Part shown: one piece after another, positions 36,403-46,630 of the stretch
Layout of the letters: each line of letters opens with the position of its first letter
Numbering within the stretch: the stretch's first letter is position 1
Assembly: GCA_944381375.1 (NCBI GenBank)
Contig: CALWKX010000036.1
Span: 448 to 64,447, forward strand
Direction of reading: 5' to 3'
Length of the DNA stretch: 64,000 nucleotides
From: an uncultured Lachnospiraceae bacterium
Lineage (GTDB): Bacteria; Bacillota; Clostridia; Eubacteriales; Anaerofustaceae
Program-made: the position numbers and the translations under genes
Notes under the pieces: generated by a model
What the model saw: only the letters and a program-made list of their open reading frames with translations
Database searches by the model: none
What the model was told of the DNA's origin: nothing

Positions 36403-36555
36403 TTATTTGCCTGTTTTTGATTTGGCATCGCTTTTTCTGTTAGTTGTTTTGCTTTCGCTTTTATCGTAAGCGCTGCTTGTTTTTGACATTTTATCCTGTC
36501 CGCTTTTTGAGGACTGTGATTTGTTGGATGCCTTTCTTTCATTTGTTTTTGCCAT
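36403..36555 (-). CDS. small (50 aa) Lys/Ser-rich hydrophilic protein, possibly a minor spore-protein-like peptide
   Basis: The ATG at 36555 is preceded by a GAGGTGAA RBS. It encodes MAKTNERKASNKSQSSKSGQDKMSKTSSAYDKSESKTTNRKSDAKSKTGK. A hairpin terminator (36364-36392) begins about 10 nt after the stop. It is below the 60-aa cut-off of the ORF track. Confidence 0.45.
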   Translation of the reverse strand: MAKTNERKASNKSQSSKSGQDKMSKTSSAYDKSESKTTNRKSDAKSKTGK

Positions 36556-36703
36556 TATATTCACCTCACGTTTGTATTATCACCATTTACGTAAAAAATA
36601 TTTATGATATATGCTGATAATTTTATCCATTTATTGTCCTGTTAAAATTGAAGTTGTAACAATTGTGTGATATTATGGAGAAAAACTGTCATCGAGGTGC
36701 TTT

Positions 36704-37951
36704 ATGAATAAAGAATTTCATATAAATAAACGTTCAGAGCTTATAAGCAAGCTTCCTGATAAATCATTTGCTATTATTAACAGCGGCGTTATTTTAAATA
36801 TGACACTTGACAATGAATACCCTTTTGAAGTCGACCGTAATTTTTATTATTTTACAGGTATTGCTTTTCATGATATGTCTCTCGTGATTATAAAGAATGG
36901 GGACGCGCAGAAGAGTGTTTTATCAATCCCTCGCATTGATCCGAACAAAGAAAAATGGGTAGGTAAATTTTATACTCCTGAAGAATGTATGGCCATCAGC
37001 GGAGTTGAAAGCGTGATATTCAACGATGAGTTAGATGCTTTTATATACAGCCTTGTCAATTCACATAATTTCAGCGTTGCTTACATGTATATGGACGCTG
37101 TTGAAGGAGCAAAGCCACAAAATAAGAATAATTTGGAGTACAGCCGGTTCAAAACAAAATATCCGAGTATTAAGACCGAGGATTTGTATATGTTGACTTA
37201 TCCCATGAGATCTGTGAAAACCCCGGAAGAAATAGACGCCATAAGGGAATCTGCTGAAATTACAAAACTTGCTTTGCATGAAATGATGAAAAACGTCAAA
37301 CCGTCGCTGAAAGAGTATGAAGCCCAAGCGTGTTTTGAGTATGTTGTAAAACGCAAAGGTGCAAAAATCGCTTTTAATACTATCGCTGCATCAGGCGCAA
37401 ATGCCACAGTTCTTCATTACATATCCAATAACGATACATTGAAAGATGGGGATTTATTGCTTGTAGACTGCGGTGCTAGTTTGAATTGGTATAATGCGGA
37501 TGTTACAAGAACAATTCCTGTAAACGGAATTTTTTCTGAAAGACAGCTTGAGCTTTATAAAATAGTTTTGGGCGCGAATAAACATATTATAAGCTGCATT
37601 AAGCCCGGAGTGAGCTGTGCGCAGCTTAATGAGTGGACAAAAGAATACTATTATCGCGCATTGAAGTCTATAGGTCTGATATCTTCGGAAGATGAAGTAG
37701 AAAAATATTATTATCATGGCGTATCGCATCATTTGGGACTCGATGTGCATGATGTTGGTTTGAAAAACGAGCCTCTTGCGCCCGGAATGGTTATTACTGT
37801 TGAGCCAGGGCTTTATATTGAAGAGTATGGAATAGGTATACGAATAGAAGACGATGTTTTAGTTACTGCTAAGGGTTGTGAGGTTCTTACGGATGTATTG
37901 AAGGAGCCTGAAGAAATTGAAGAGTTTATGGATATTTGGGAGGTGAAATGA
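36704..37951 (+). CDS. pepP: Xaa-Pro aminopeptidase (M24B family)
   Basis: Creatinase-like N-domain plus a pita-bread fold with the metal ligands DCGA..., HGVSHHLGLDVHD and IRIEDD. Confidence 0.9.
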   Translation: MNKEFHINKRSELISKLPDKSFAIINSGVILNMTLDNEYPFEVDRNFYYFTGIAFHDMSLVIIKNGDAQKSVLSIPRIDPNKEKWVGKFYTPEECMAISGVESVIFNDELDAFIYSLVNSHNFSVAYMYMDAVEGAKPQNKNNLEYSRFKTKYPSIKTEDLYMLTYPMRSVKTPEEIDAIRESAEITKLALHEMMKNVKPSLKEYEAQACFEYVVKRKGAKIAFNTIAASGANATVLHYISNNDTLKDGDLLLVDCGASLNWYNADVTRTIPVNGIFSERQLELYKIVLGANKHIISCIKPGVSCAQLNEWTKEYYYRALKSIGLISSEDEVEKYYYHGVSHHLGLDVHDVGLKNEPLAPGMVITVEPGLYIEEYGIGIRIEDDVLVTAKGCEVLTDVLKEPEEIEEFMDIWEVK

Positions 37952-39363
37952 TTTTGGATAACAAACAGCTTGAAAAGTTTATTACATACGAGCGCAAATC
38001 CGCTTGGGGAAATAATATCGACGCTTCTATGGAGTATGCCGAGGGGTATAAAAGATTTATCGCTAAAGCCAAAACGGAAAGAGAATGTGTGAGAGAGGCG
38101 CTTTCATATGCGAAAGAAAAAGGCTTTGTTGATCTCAATGATAAAATAGCCTCAGGTGAAAAAATCAATCCTGGAGATAAACTCTATTATGTACATCAGC
38201 ATAAATGCATAGTTATGTTCATCATGGGAACAAACCATCTTACTCAAGGTATGAACATAACGGCAGCTCATATAGATGCACCGCGTCTTGATTTAAAAGC
38301 TGTGCCGTTTTATGAAGAAGCCGGCTTGTCTTTGCTCAAAACTCATTATTACGGAGGAATAAAAAAATATCAGTGGACAGCTATGCCTCTTGCTATGCAT
38401 GGAGTTATTTTCACAAAGGATGGGAAACGTCTTGATATTGCAATTGGCGAAAACGATGATGATCCTTGCTTTTTTATATCGGAGTTGCTTATCCATTTAT
38501 CCTCCGAACAACTGTCAAAAAAAGCTTCGGTTGCGGTTACAGGAGAACAGCTTAACGTTATCGTAGGAAATATTCCCATTGACGATGAAGAAATAAAACA
38601 AAAGGTGAAATTCAGCACATTAAAGCTTTTGTATGAAAAATACGGCATTACAGAGAAAGATTTTTTAAGCGCCGAAATAGAAATAGTCCCTGCGATAAAA
38701 CCACGAGACATCGGATTCGACCGTTCGATGATTGTAGCTTACGGACATGACGACAGAGTATGCTCTTATGCTGCATTTTCGGCATTGTGTGATATTGATC
38801 ATCCGGAAAGAACCTGCGCATGCATTCTTTGCGATAAGGAAGAAATAGGAAGTGTTGGATCAACGGGATTAAACGGATTGTTTTTTGAAAATATAGTCTC
38901 AGAGCTTATTAATCTTACTTCAGATGAATATTCTGAGCTTGCCTTGAAAAGAACACTTGCTAATTCGTACGTTTTGTCCATGGATGTCGGCTGCGTTCTG
39001 GATCCTTCGTATTCTGATGTGTTTGAAAAACTGAATACGGCAATCGCAGGTGATGGCGTTATATTGGAAAAATACTGCGGTTCGCGTGGAAAGTATGATA
39101 GCAATGATGCTAATAGCGAGTATCTGTATAAGCTTTGCAAATTATTTAATGATAATAACGTAATTTTTCAAACAGGAGAGCTCGGCAAAATTGATGCAGG
39201 TGGAGGAGGTACTGTAGCGTATATGCTGGCAAAATACGGAGCGCTGACTGTCGATTTGGGTGTAGGTGTTTTGTCTATGCATGCTCCTTGTGAGTTGATA
39301 AGCAAGGCCGATCTTTACAGCGCGTATAATGCGTCCAAAGTATTTTATAATATTGAAAAGTAA
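37948..39363 (+). CDS. M18-family aminopeptidase
   Basis: NITAAHIDAPRLDLK, HYYGGIKKYQW, YGHDDRVCSY and DKEEIGS are motifs of the aspartyl/M18 aminopeptidase family. GGGAGGTGA RBS. ATGA overlap with pepP. Confidence 0.85.
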   Translation: MILDNKQLEKFITYERKSAWGNNIDASMEYAEGYKRFIAKAKTERECVREALSYAKEKGFVDLNDKIASGEKINPGDKLYYVHQHKCIVMFIMGTNHLTQGMNITAAHIDAPRLDLKAVPFYEEAGLSLLKTHYYGGIKKYQWTAMPLAMHGVIFTKDGKRLDIAIGENDDDPCFFISELLIHLSSEQLSKKASVAVTGEQLNVIVGNIPIDDEEIKQKVKFSTLKLLYEKYGITEKDFLSAEIEIVPAIKPRDIGFDRSMIVAYGHDDRVCSYAAFSALCDIDHPERTCACILCDKEEIGSVGSTGLNGLFFENIVSELINLTSDEYSELALKRTLANSYVLSMDVGCVLDPSYSDVFEKLNTAIAGDGVILEKYCGSRGKYDSNDANSEYLYKLCKLFNDNNVIFQTGELGKIDAGGGGTVAYMLAKYGALTVDLGVGVLSMHAPCELISKADLYSAYNASKVFYNIEK

Positions 39364-39400
39364 AAAGAAGCTTAGCTTAAAAAAGCTAAGCTTCTTAAAA
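39364..39400 (+). terminator. stem-loop after the aminopeptidase operon
   Basis: AGAAGCTTAGCTT-AAAAA-AAGCTAAGCTTCT long perfect stem. The U-tract is weak. Confidence 0.6.
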
Positions 39401-39624
39401 TATGTCTGTTATGAGGCTTCAACGAACTGGCATATAGTTTATTGAACTTGTTTCTTTGGTCGCTTCTAATTTGAAAATTACGGGCCGTATACTATCGTTG
39501 CAGCTTACAATTGCAACGATAGTGATTCTGATCCAATCTCCGTAATAAAATAGTCCTTTGTCAGAACCATGAGAAAGAGATAGGTATCCTTAATTCTGGC
39601 ATTTTATTACAAAGTCAAGCTTTT

Positions 39625-40131
39625 TTATTCTGTCTCTACAGGGTTTATTTCAGCAAGTGAGATGACGAGTTTTCCGTTTTGCGAATATTCGTCTACTCTT
39701 ACTTTATTATTTTCCTGCTTTAATACTAATATAAATACAATATCGTCTCCTTGCTGAGATATTGAGAAGTTGTCAATCAATTTGCTTTTGCTTATGTCTA
39801 AATTTTGTTTTGATTGTAATATACAACTGTATATTGTCCCTTCTATTTTATTTGTATCATTATCTATTTTTATATTGTAATAAGGAAGCTGAGAATTGCT
39901 CTGCTCATCATTTTGTATGTCAAATATCAGTTTTTCAGGGCCAAGAAGCCATGATAAGTCAATATTACGTAAATAAGAATTTTTTATTTGTTTGTCGCCG
40001 CCTTCAAAATTATCATCATTGATATAGTTATCATTTTCGTTGTTTTTGTATTTTGCGATATTTTCGCTGCAGCCTGTGAAAGCTGCGCAGCATATTAATA
40101 AGCACAATATATATGCAAATGCTTTTTTCAT
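39625..40131 (-). CDS. putative lipoprotein (168 aa)
   Basis: Signal peptide MKKAFAYILCLLICCAAFTGC with an FTGC lipobox. No other recognisable domain. Confidence 0.7.
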   Translation of the reverse strand: MKKAFAYILCLLICCAAFTGCSENIAKYKNNENDNYINDDNFEGGDKQIKNSYLRNIDLSWLLGPEKLIFDIQNDEQSNSQLPYYNIKIDNDTNKIEGTIYSCILQSKQNLDISKSKLIDNFSISQQGDDIVFILVLKQENNKVRVDEYSQNGKLVISLAEINPVETE

Positions 40132-40274
40132 GTAATTACTCCTTGTAAAAGTATCAGATTCACAATATTATTATTAACTCAAATGTTAAAATTGAATCAC
40201 TTAATAAAACTTTTATTAAAAGAACGAATGTGCTATAATTCATTTGTAAGTATTTACTAGAAAGTTAACAAAAT

Positions 40275-42515
40275 ATGGAAACAATTAGCGGCAGAATAAA
40301 AAATATCATTTATAATAACCCAAACAACGGTTATACGGTCGCGCAAATTGAGACGGATGCGGGCGTAATTTCTATGACGGGTACTTTGGTTTCTGCTGCT
40401 ATAGGAGAAAAAATAATAGCAAGCGGAGAATGGTACATTCACCCTAAATACGGTCAACAATTTCGTATTGTTAAAGTTGATATAGACAGGCCTGATAGTA
40501 TAGATGAGATAAAAGCGTTTCTGTCCAGCGGAATAATAAAAGGCCTTGGTGAGAAAAAAGCGGCTTTACTTATTGAAAAATTCGGAGAATCAACGCTTGA
40601 CATAATTGAAAATCATCATAATTTACTTACTTCAATAAGCGGTATCGGAAGTATGACGGCGGAAAAAATACATTCTTCTTATTGCGAGCTTTCCGGTGAA
40701 AGAAACACTGTTATTGCTCTTTCCAAATATGATATAACTCCCAACGCTGCAATTAAACTGTATGATGAATATGGCGCAAACGCAGTCAAAATAGTAGAAA
40801 ATAACCCTTACCGGCTCATCGAGGATGTGTACGGCTTCGGATTTGCCAGAGCTGACGCAATAGCCATGAAAGTCGGTATTGCGAATGATTCTCCTGAGCG
40901 AATTAAAGCGGGGATATTATTTTTTTTAAACAATATCACTTCTTCCGGACATACGTTTATGTTTGAAAATGTTCTCATAAACAGCGTCTCACATAATTTG
41001 GGAGTGAGCGAAAATGATGTCGAATACGCTCTTAATAAACTTATAATCAGCGGCAAGCTTATAGTCGATGAAAATTATTCACAACGTAGAGTGTATTCAT
41101 CCTATATGTATGAACGCGAAAGTATATGCGTCGATAAGTTGAGCGAGCTTTTAAGCTCTTGCGTTAAGGTGCGCCAAAATGATATAGAAAAACTTATCTT
41201 CAACTTTGAAAAAGATAACGGTATCCAACTTGATTCAGAGCAAAAAAAAGCAATAAACATGGCGGTCAGCAGCAAAGTATCAATCATCACCGGCGGTCCG
41301 GGTACAGGTAAAACAACTATTATTAAAGCCATTATTTATATTTTTTCATTAATGAGAAAAAGTTTTTCTTTGTGCGCTCCGACAGGTCGCGCTTCAAAGC
41401 GAATGAGTGAGGCATGTTGTTATGAAGCGAGTACTATCCATCGGCTTCTTGAGTTCGGATATAATCCCTCCTTTGAAAATTCTTCATTGGCAGATGATTC
41501 CTATATGTATTTTCAAAGAAATTCAGAAAATCCGCTGGAATGCGATGTTGTTATCGTGGATGAAATGAGTATGACGGATATTCTCTTGTTTTCCCATCTG
41601 TTAGAGGCTTTTGCAGATAAAACACGCCTTATTATGGTAGGAGACGGTAATCAGCTTCCGCCTGTAGGGCCGGGCAACGTGCTTAACGATCTTTTGAAGG
41701 TGAAGCAAATACCCAGCGTTTCTCTTAATAAAATATTCAGACAGTCAGACGAAAGTTCAATTATAGTCAATGCCCACAGAATTAAAGACGGGAAATATCC
41801 GCTGTTTGATAAATCCAAACAAGACTTTATTCTGTATGAAGAGAAAAATCAGTCCAATATTGCACGCCGTATAATTAGATTGATAAGCAATGAACATGCT
41901 GGTATAATGGAACGGTTCAAAAATGATGAAGTGCAAATACTTACCCCGTTTAAAAAAGGGGAGGCCGGCACGCATGAACTTAATAAATTATTGCAGGAAT
42001 ATATCAATCCCTTAAGAGTTGGCGAAAACGAAGTAAAGACTGCTGATTATGTACTAAAAGAGGGCGATAAAGTAATGCAGACGAAAAATGATTATCAGGC
42101 TAAATGGCAAAATATAAATACGCATGAAAAAGGACAAGGCGTGTTTAATGGCGAAATAGGCGTAATAAAGTATATCAATCCGTCTCAAGAAACGCTGAGC
42201 GTGTTGTTCGATGCGGAAAAGTTTGTAAACTATAGTTATAAAGATGCGGACAATTTAACGTTGGCCTATGCTGTGACTATACATAAGAGTCAGGGCTGCG
42301 AATTTGATACGGTAATTATTCCTGTTTTCTGCAAAAATCCTCAGTTTTTAACCCGTAATCTTATATATACTGCAATTACCAGGGCAAAAAGAAAAGTTGT
42401 TTTGGTGGGAGAGTTATCGGTTATAGGAATGATGGTTCGTAACAATCAGTCCCCTCAAAGAATGTCGGCGCTTGCGGAAAGGCTTAATGATGCTATTATT
42501 AAATGCTGCGGTTAG
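40275..42515 (+). CDS. recD2: ATP-dependent RecD-like DNA helicase (RecD2/SF1B)
   Basis: N-terminal OB/HhH module. Walker A GGPGTGKTT, DEMSM, the GDGNQLPPVGPG motif, and the C-terminal SH3-like VTIHKSQGCEF. Confidence 0.9.
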   Translation: METISGRIKNIIYNNPNNGYTVAQIETDAGVISMTGTLVSAAIGEKIIASGEWYIHPKYGQQFRIVKVDIDRPDSIDEIKAFLSSGIIKGLGEKKAALLIEKFGESTLDIIENHHNLLTSISGIGSMTAEKIHSSYCELSGERNTVIALSKYDITPNAAIKLYDEYGANAVKIVENNPYRLIEDVYGFGFARADAIAMKVGIANDSPERIKAGILFFLNNITSSGHTFMFENVLINSVSHNLGVSENDVEYALNKLIISGKLIVDENYSQRRVYSSYMYERESICVDKLSELLSSCVKVRQNDIEKLIFNFEKDNGIQLDSEQKKAINMAVSSKVSIITGGPGTGKTTIIKAIIYIFSLMRKSFSLCAPTGRASKRMSEACCYEASTIHRLLEFGYNPSFENSSLADDSYMYFQRNSENPLECDVVIVDEMSMTDILLFSHLLEAFADKTRLIMVGDGNQLPPVGPGNVLNDLLKVKQIPSVSLNKIFRQSDESSIIVNAHRIKDGKYPLFDKSKQDFILYEEKNQSNIARRIIRLISNEHAGIMERFKNDEVQILTPFKKGEAGTHELNKLLQEYINPLRVGENEVKTADYVLKEGDKVMQTKNDYQAKWQNINTHEKGQGVFNGEIGVIKYINPSQETLSVLFDAEKFVNYSYKDADNLTLAYAVTIHKSQGCEFDTVIIPVFCKNPQFLTRNLIYTAITRAKRKVVLVGELSVIGMMVRNNQSPQRMSALAERLNDAIIKCCG

Positions 42516-43239
42516 TACTTTTATTAACAGTATTAAAGAATTAGGCAGTGATATGTTGTTTGTCAATAATCCTGTCTGCCCTGTATGCAAAAGGGTCATG
42601 TTTTTCGATGAAAATATTTTGTGCAAATCGTGTGTAGATAAACTGAATTATATTAATGATAACGAATGTCATGTTTGCGGAAGTAAAATAAATTCAGAAA
42701 ACATTTTATGTGATCATTGCATGAGCATATATTCAATGGACGCAGGAAAATCTGTTTTTACATACGATAATATTTCATCCTGCGTAATACACGATTTTAA
42801 ATATAACAGAAACAGATATGCGGCAAAAGAATGTGGAAAACGTCTGGCTGAAAGGCTGGCGGATGTATCTTGGATAAAGGATATTGATATTATTACGTGT
42901 GTGCCGTGTACAGCCGAAAAACTTAATCAGCGAGGCTACAATCAGGCGGCTTTAATTGCCTTAGCATTATCAGATGCGTTAAATATAGAAGTGAATAATG
43001 AAATACTTTTAAAATGTCGTGAAACAAAAGATCAAATAGGCTTAAGCTATGAACAAAGATTCGAAAATGTCAAAAACGCATTCGAGGTGATAAACTATAA
43101 AATCATTGAAAATAAAACAGTTTTAATAGCTGATGATGTGTTTACATCTGGAGCAACTATTAATGAATGTACAAATATGCTGAAAAAATCAGGCGCGCGT
43201 ACAGTATATTTTGCTACAGTTGCGTTGGCGCGCGAGTAA
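42472..43239 (+). CDS. comFC: ComF family protein (ComFC-like phosphoribosyltransferase with an N-terminal zinc finger)
   Basis: CPVC...CKSC and CHVCG...CDHC cysteine pairs, followed by the PRTase motif VLIADDVFTSGATI. The start is uncertain (42472, 42487 or later). As drawn, it overlaps the recD2 end. Confidence 0.75.
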   Translation: MRKGLMMLLLNAAVSTFINSIKELGSDMLFVNNPVCPVCKRVMFFDENILCKSCVDKLNYINDNECHVCGSKINSENILCDHCMSIYSMDAGKSVFTYDNISSCVIHDFKYNRNRYAAKECGKRLAERLADVSWIKDIDIITCVPCTAEKLNQRGYNQAALIALALSDALNIEVNNEILLKCRETKDQIGLSYEQRFENVKNAFEVINYKIIENKTVLIADDVFTSGATINECTNMLKKSGARTVYFATVALARE

Positions 43240-43261
43240 TTTTGAAAGGGAGGAAATATCT

Positions 43262-43783
43262 ATGAAGCTCAACATCAATTCTAAAAATTACGGTTTGAAA
43301 GGCTACGTAAAGGAGGAAATAGAAAAGCGTTTTGATAAACTCAGTAAATATTTTACTGACAATACGGTATGCACAGTAATGGTTTCCGGAGAAGGAAGCA
43401 GCACAAAAAAAGTTGAAATTACAATGAATGTAAAAAACAATGTTTTGAGAAGTGAAGTTAAAGACAATGATTTGCACGTAGCTATAGACAAAGCAGTCGA
43501 TAAGCTTGAAAAGCAGCTTGTTAAACATAAAGAAAAGCTTAGAAAACGCAACAATGATACTATACGCTATGACAATATAGAGGATGTGAAGTCTCAGGTT
43601 GTATTTAATATAGTAAAGAACAAGACATTCAAATTAATACCAATGACGGCTGATGAAGCATGCTTTCAATTGGAGCTTCTCGAGCATAATTTTTACGTAT
43701 TCATAAACAGTGATAACAATAAAGTAGCCATAGTATACAAACGCAGTGATGACGATTATGGTCTTATTGAGGTTGAAAAGTAA
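43262..43783 (+). CDS. hpf: ribosome hibernation promoting factor (long form)
   Basis: MKLNINSKNYGLKGYVKEEIEKRFDKLSKYF... is an S30AE-type N-domain. The C-terminal dimerisation domain follows (KPMTADEACFQLELLEHNFYVFIN). GGGAGG RBS. Confidence 0.9.
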   Translation: MKLNINSKNYGLKGYVKEEIEKRFDKLSKYFTDNTVCTVMVSGEGSSTKKVEITMNVKNNVLRSEVKDNDLHVAIDKAVDKLEKQLVKHKEKLRKRNNDTIRYDNIEDVKSQVVFNIVKNKTFKLIPMTADEACFQLELLEHNFYVFINSDNNKVAIVYKRSDDDYGLIEVEK

Positions 43784-43875
43784 AAAAAACATAAAAATAG
43801 TAATTAATTCGTAACAATATGTGATAGAATACTATAATAGAGTTCAGCAAAACAATCGTCTTTGGAGAGGTTAAA

Positions 43876-45570
43876 ATGATTCTTGTAATAGTGGCGATAT
43901 TGTCAATAATTGTAGCGTTTATAAGAAAGGGAAGTTTTTCTAATATCAAGGAAAGCGGATTGAAAGCATGGATATTGCTGCTGCTTTCGGTTTTGGTATT
44001 TGCGGCAGTTTATATTGGAGATTATATGGCGATATCCTTTATTCAGAATTTCGCGTTTATCTTTCTTATTATAGCATACGCGCTTTTGATTATAGGTTTG
44101 TTATTAAATCTGAATGTCGTTACTTTTATAATGCTCTTAGGTACTCTGTTGAATTTTGTGGTTGTGTTTATTAACGGCGGGAAAATGCCATTATCAGAAA
44201 ACATGATAAATATAGCAGGATTGAGTATTGACACGATAAATGCTTCCGCTGTTTTTACTGTAGCATCTCAGAGTACGCATTTGCCTGTTCTAGGAGGAAT
44301 AGTGCCTATACCTCTTCCAGGTATATTAGCTCAGATAATTTCTCCAGGAACTATTATTTTAGCCATAGGTCTGTTTTTCGAGATTCAAAATCTTATGCTT
44401 GGCGTTGTGTATGAGTATGATGACAATGAAGATGAAGAAGATGATGATAATGAAGAAACTTCTGATAAAACTTCAAACAATAAAGGTTCTCGCAAACAGG
44501 TTCAGGAAGAACCAGAGGATGAAGATGATTTTGACCTCGGTAAAGATTATACGGTTGGAGACATAGATATCCATGAAACCGACAGACTTCCGAATTTACC
44601 TTTGGAAGAAGATGATGCTGAGAAGGCAGCAGATGTTTCTACTCAGCAGGAATCAGAAGATGAAACGATTGGTGACGAAGACATAATTGATGAGGATCTT
44701 ATCGAAGAATCTGATGAAGATGATTTTCAGAATACTGCGGCGTTTTTCGATACGATTAATATAAAAGATGAAGAAAATAATCAGTTTGAGTCTGACGAAG
44801 ATGATAACGCTTTTGCGGCTTTCGATGAATTAACAGGCTCGGAAGAAGATTCTGATTTAACAGACGCTGTGGAAGATTCAGAGGAAGAAGAATTAAATAA
44901 AGTCGATCCTTTTGATTCCGTTTCGTATCAATCAGATCAGGATGATTCAGTATTTGAGGGTTCCGATGAACTTTCATTCAGTGAAGTGAATGAAGATGTT
45001 TCTCAAGTCAGAGATAATGTGTACACAGAAGAAATATACTCTGAACCTTACGAAAGCCCGTCTCACGTACAGGATGACCCCTATAAAGATTATACGGCGG
45101 AAGATCTGACTCTGAAAAAAGACGCGCTTATACAGGCAAAGGAAGTAATTGAAAATGATTTATCTAGAGTAAATAAAGAACCTGTTAATGATGAACCTGC
45201 AATACGCGAAAAACAGTCGCCTGTCGAAGTTGATACTGATAGCCCGTTCATAATAGTCAACGGTAGGATTGTAGAAAATCCGTATTATAAGTTCAGAAGA
45301 GGCGTTAAAGTAGATTCATCTTCTCCGGCTGAACAAATCGGAAGCGGCGTATACGTTATGAAGAGCCGTAATCCGTCAATTGCCGGCCGCCCGAGTTTTG
45401 CGCCCGCTTCTAAAATGACGGAACAGAATAAACCAAAATCTCAGCCTTCTGTAAAAATATCAAAAATAACAGAGGATGAAGATTCCGATGACGATAAAAA
45501 ATATGAAAAAGTAGAAATGCAAATAGGTGATGTCCAGATAAAATTCTGGAAAAAAGACAATGATAACTAA
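43876..45570 (+). CDS. membrane protein (DUF5317-like N-terminal TM domain) with a long Asp/Glu-rich disordered region
   Basis: Residues 1 to about 175 form several TM helices. An extremely acidic low-complexity sequence follows (YDDNEDEEDDDNEE..., nt ~44411-45090). The C-terminal segment is Lys-rich. Confidence 0.7.
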   Translation: MILVIVAILSIIVAFIRKGSFSNIKESGLKAWILLLLSVLVFAAVYIGDYMAISFIQNFAFIFLIIAYALLIIGLLLNLNVVTFIMLLGTLLNFVVVFINGGKMPLSENMINIAGLSIDTINASAVFTVASQSTHLPVLGGIVPIPLPGILAQIISPGTIILAIGLFFEIQNLMLGVVYEYDDNEDEEDDDNEETSDKTSNNKGSRKQVQEEPEDEDDFDLGKDYTVGDIDIHETDRLPNLPLEEDDAEKAADVSTQQESEDETIGDEDIIDEDLIEESDEDDFQNTAAFFDTINIKDEENNQFESDEDDNAFAAFDELTGSEEDSDLTDAVEDSEEEELNKVDPFDSVSYQSDQDDSVFEGSDELSFSEVNEDVSQVRDNVYTEEIYSEPYESPSHVQDDPYKDYTAEDLTLKKDALIQAKEVIENDLSRVNKEPVNDEPAIREKQSPVEVDTDSPFIIVNGRIVENPYYKFRRGVKVDSSSPAEQIGSGVYVMKSRNPSIAGRPSFAPASKMTEQNKPKSQPSVKISKITEDEDSDDDKKYEKVEMQIGDVQIKFWKKDNDN

Positions 45571-45654
45571 AATGCTTAAATTGTCTAATAAAATTTTTTA
45601 TGTATTAAAAAAAGAGGCGAAGAGTTACTTTGCCTCTTTAATAATTTTATGCTT

Positions 45655-46602
45655 TTATTGTGTAATTAATTCGCCTAATACACGGCCAAGATAGACTGCT
45701 GTGCGTTTGGCTTCTTCCAATGTTGAAAGATTACTGCCAAGCTCAAACAATATTGTTGTAGGCGCTACATATTGATTGTATTTATAAGGTCGTTCGAGTA
45801 TTTTTCTGAACATATCCGGATACATTTCATTCATTTTATTTTGAATTTGAGTTGCAAAGTCTATATTGTTTTGATATGTCTCGGTTGTAGTACCGATTAC
45901 CAGCATGACTCTGGCTGCGCTTTCTCCGTTTACTTCGGTTTGGTAAACGGAAAAATTATCTTCTGTATTTGCAAGCCCGTCACGATGAATATCAAATGCG
46001 TATTGTATGGATGGATATTCTTCCAAAGCTTTTTCAACTGCTATAAGCGATTTATCATAAGCGCTGTCGTAAGGCTGATCGTATACTTCTGTCAAATGCA
46101 ACACTTGTATACCGTATTCCTGATAAAGAGTCTGCGCAACTATATGACCAATACTTATGAGATTTTTAGTTGGGTCTGTTGAACGGTATGTTGTAGGATT
46201 ATTTTCATCATAAAATGACTCTGTAGTATGTGTATGATATATTACAACAAGCGGCTGTCCGTTGTGATATTGTGTATTCAGTAATTCCTGTGCGTCCGTT
46301 TGCTGCTGCGATATTTCAGCATTGTCGGAAGATACGCCCTCAACTACCGGAAATGACTGCATAAAAACATATCTTGCAATATTTGTAATTGTATTTTGAA
46401 TATTTATTTTGTCTTGATCTATTTCTTTCGTAAAATATGAATTAAGTCCCAAGCTCAGCACGCTTTCATATAGATTAATATTATCAACGCCTTGCTTGAT
46501 TGTTGAGTAGAATGACATGGGTATATTTATAAGAATCAGCGCTACGAAAAATAATGCTATTTTGAATTTATCTTTATTGATGATACTTTTTTTTCTTTTC
46601 AC
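45655..46602 (-). CDS. spoIIP: stage II sporulation protein P
   Basis: N-terminal TM anchor. VVIYHTHTTESF and FDIHRDG motifs of SpoIIP amidase/peptidase. Conserved position next to gpr. Confidence 0.85.
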   Translation of the reverse strand: MKRKKSIINKDKFKIALFFVALILINIPMSFYSTIKQGVDNINLYESVLSLGLNSYFTKEIDQDKINIQNTITNIARYVFMQSFPVVEGVSSDNAEISQQQTDAQELLNTQYHNGQPLVVIYHTHTTESFYDENNPTTYRSTDPTKNLISIGHIVAQTLYQEYGIQVLHLTEVYDQPYDSAYDKSLIAVEKALEEYPSIQYAFDIHRDGLANTEDNFSVYQTEVNGESAARVMLVIGTTTETYQNNIDFATQIQNKMNEMYPDMFRKILERPYKYNQYVAPTTILFELGSNLSTLEEAKRTAVYLGRVLGELITQ

Positions 46603-46630
46603 ATTTTATTATATTGCCTTAATGCTTTTA

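Noticed and set aside
36345-36542. The 65-aa minus-strand ORF (MKERHPTNHSPQK...) from the ORF track.
   Set aside because: It has no RBS and runs through the terminator hairpin. The overlapping 50-codon frame starting at 36555 has a strong RBS and stops just before the hairpin.
39401-39624. A slightly GC-richer non-coding stretch with the inverted repeat ATCGTTGCA...TGCAACGAT (~39491-39520) and short broken minus-strand frames. It could be a gene or mobile-element remnant.
   Set aside because: Only fragments shorter than 25 codons are open. There is no recognisable transposase or toxin motif and no terminal repeats. The evidence is insufficient to call a pseudogene or a small RNA.
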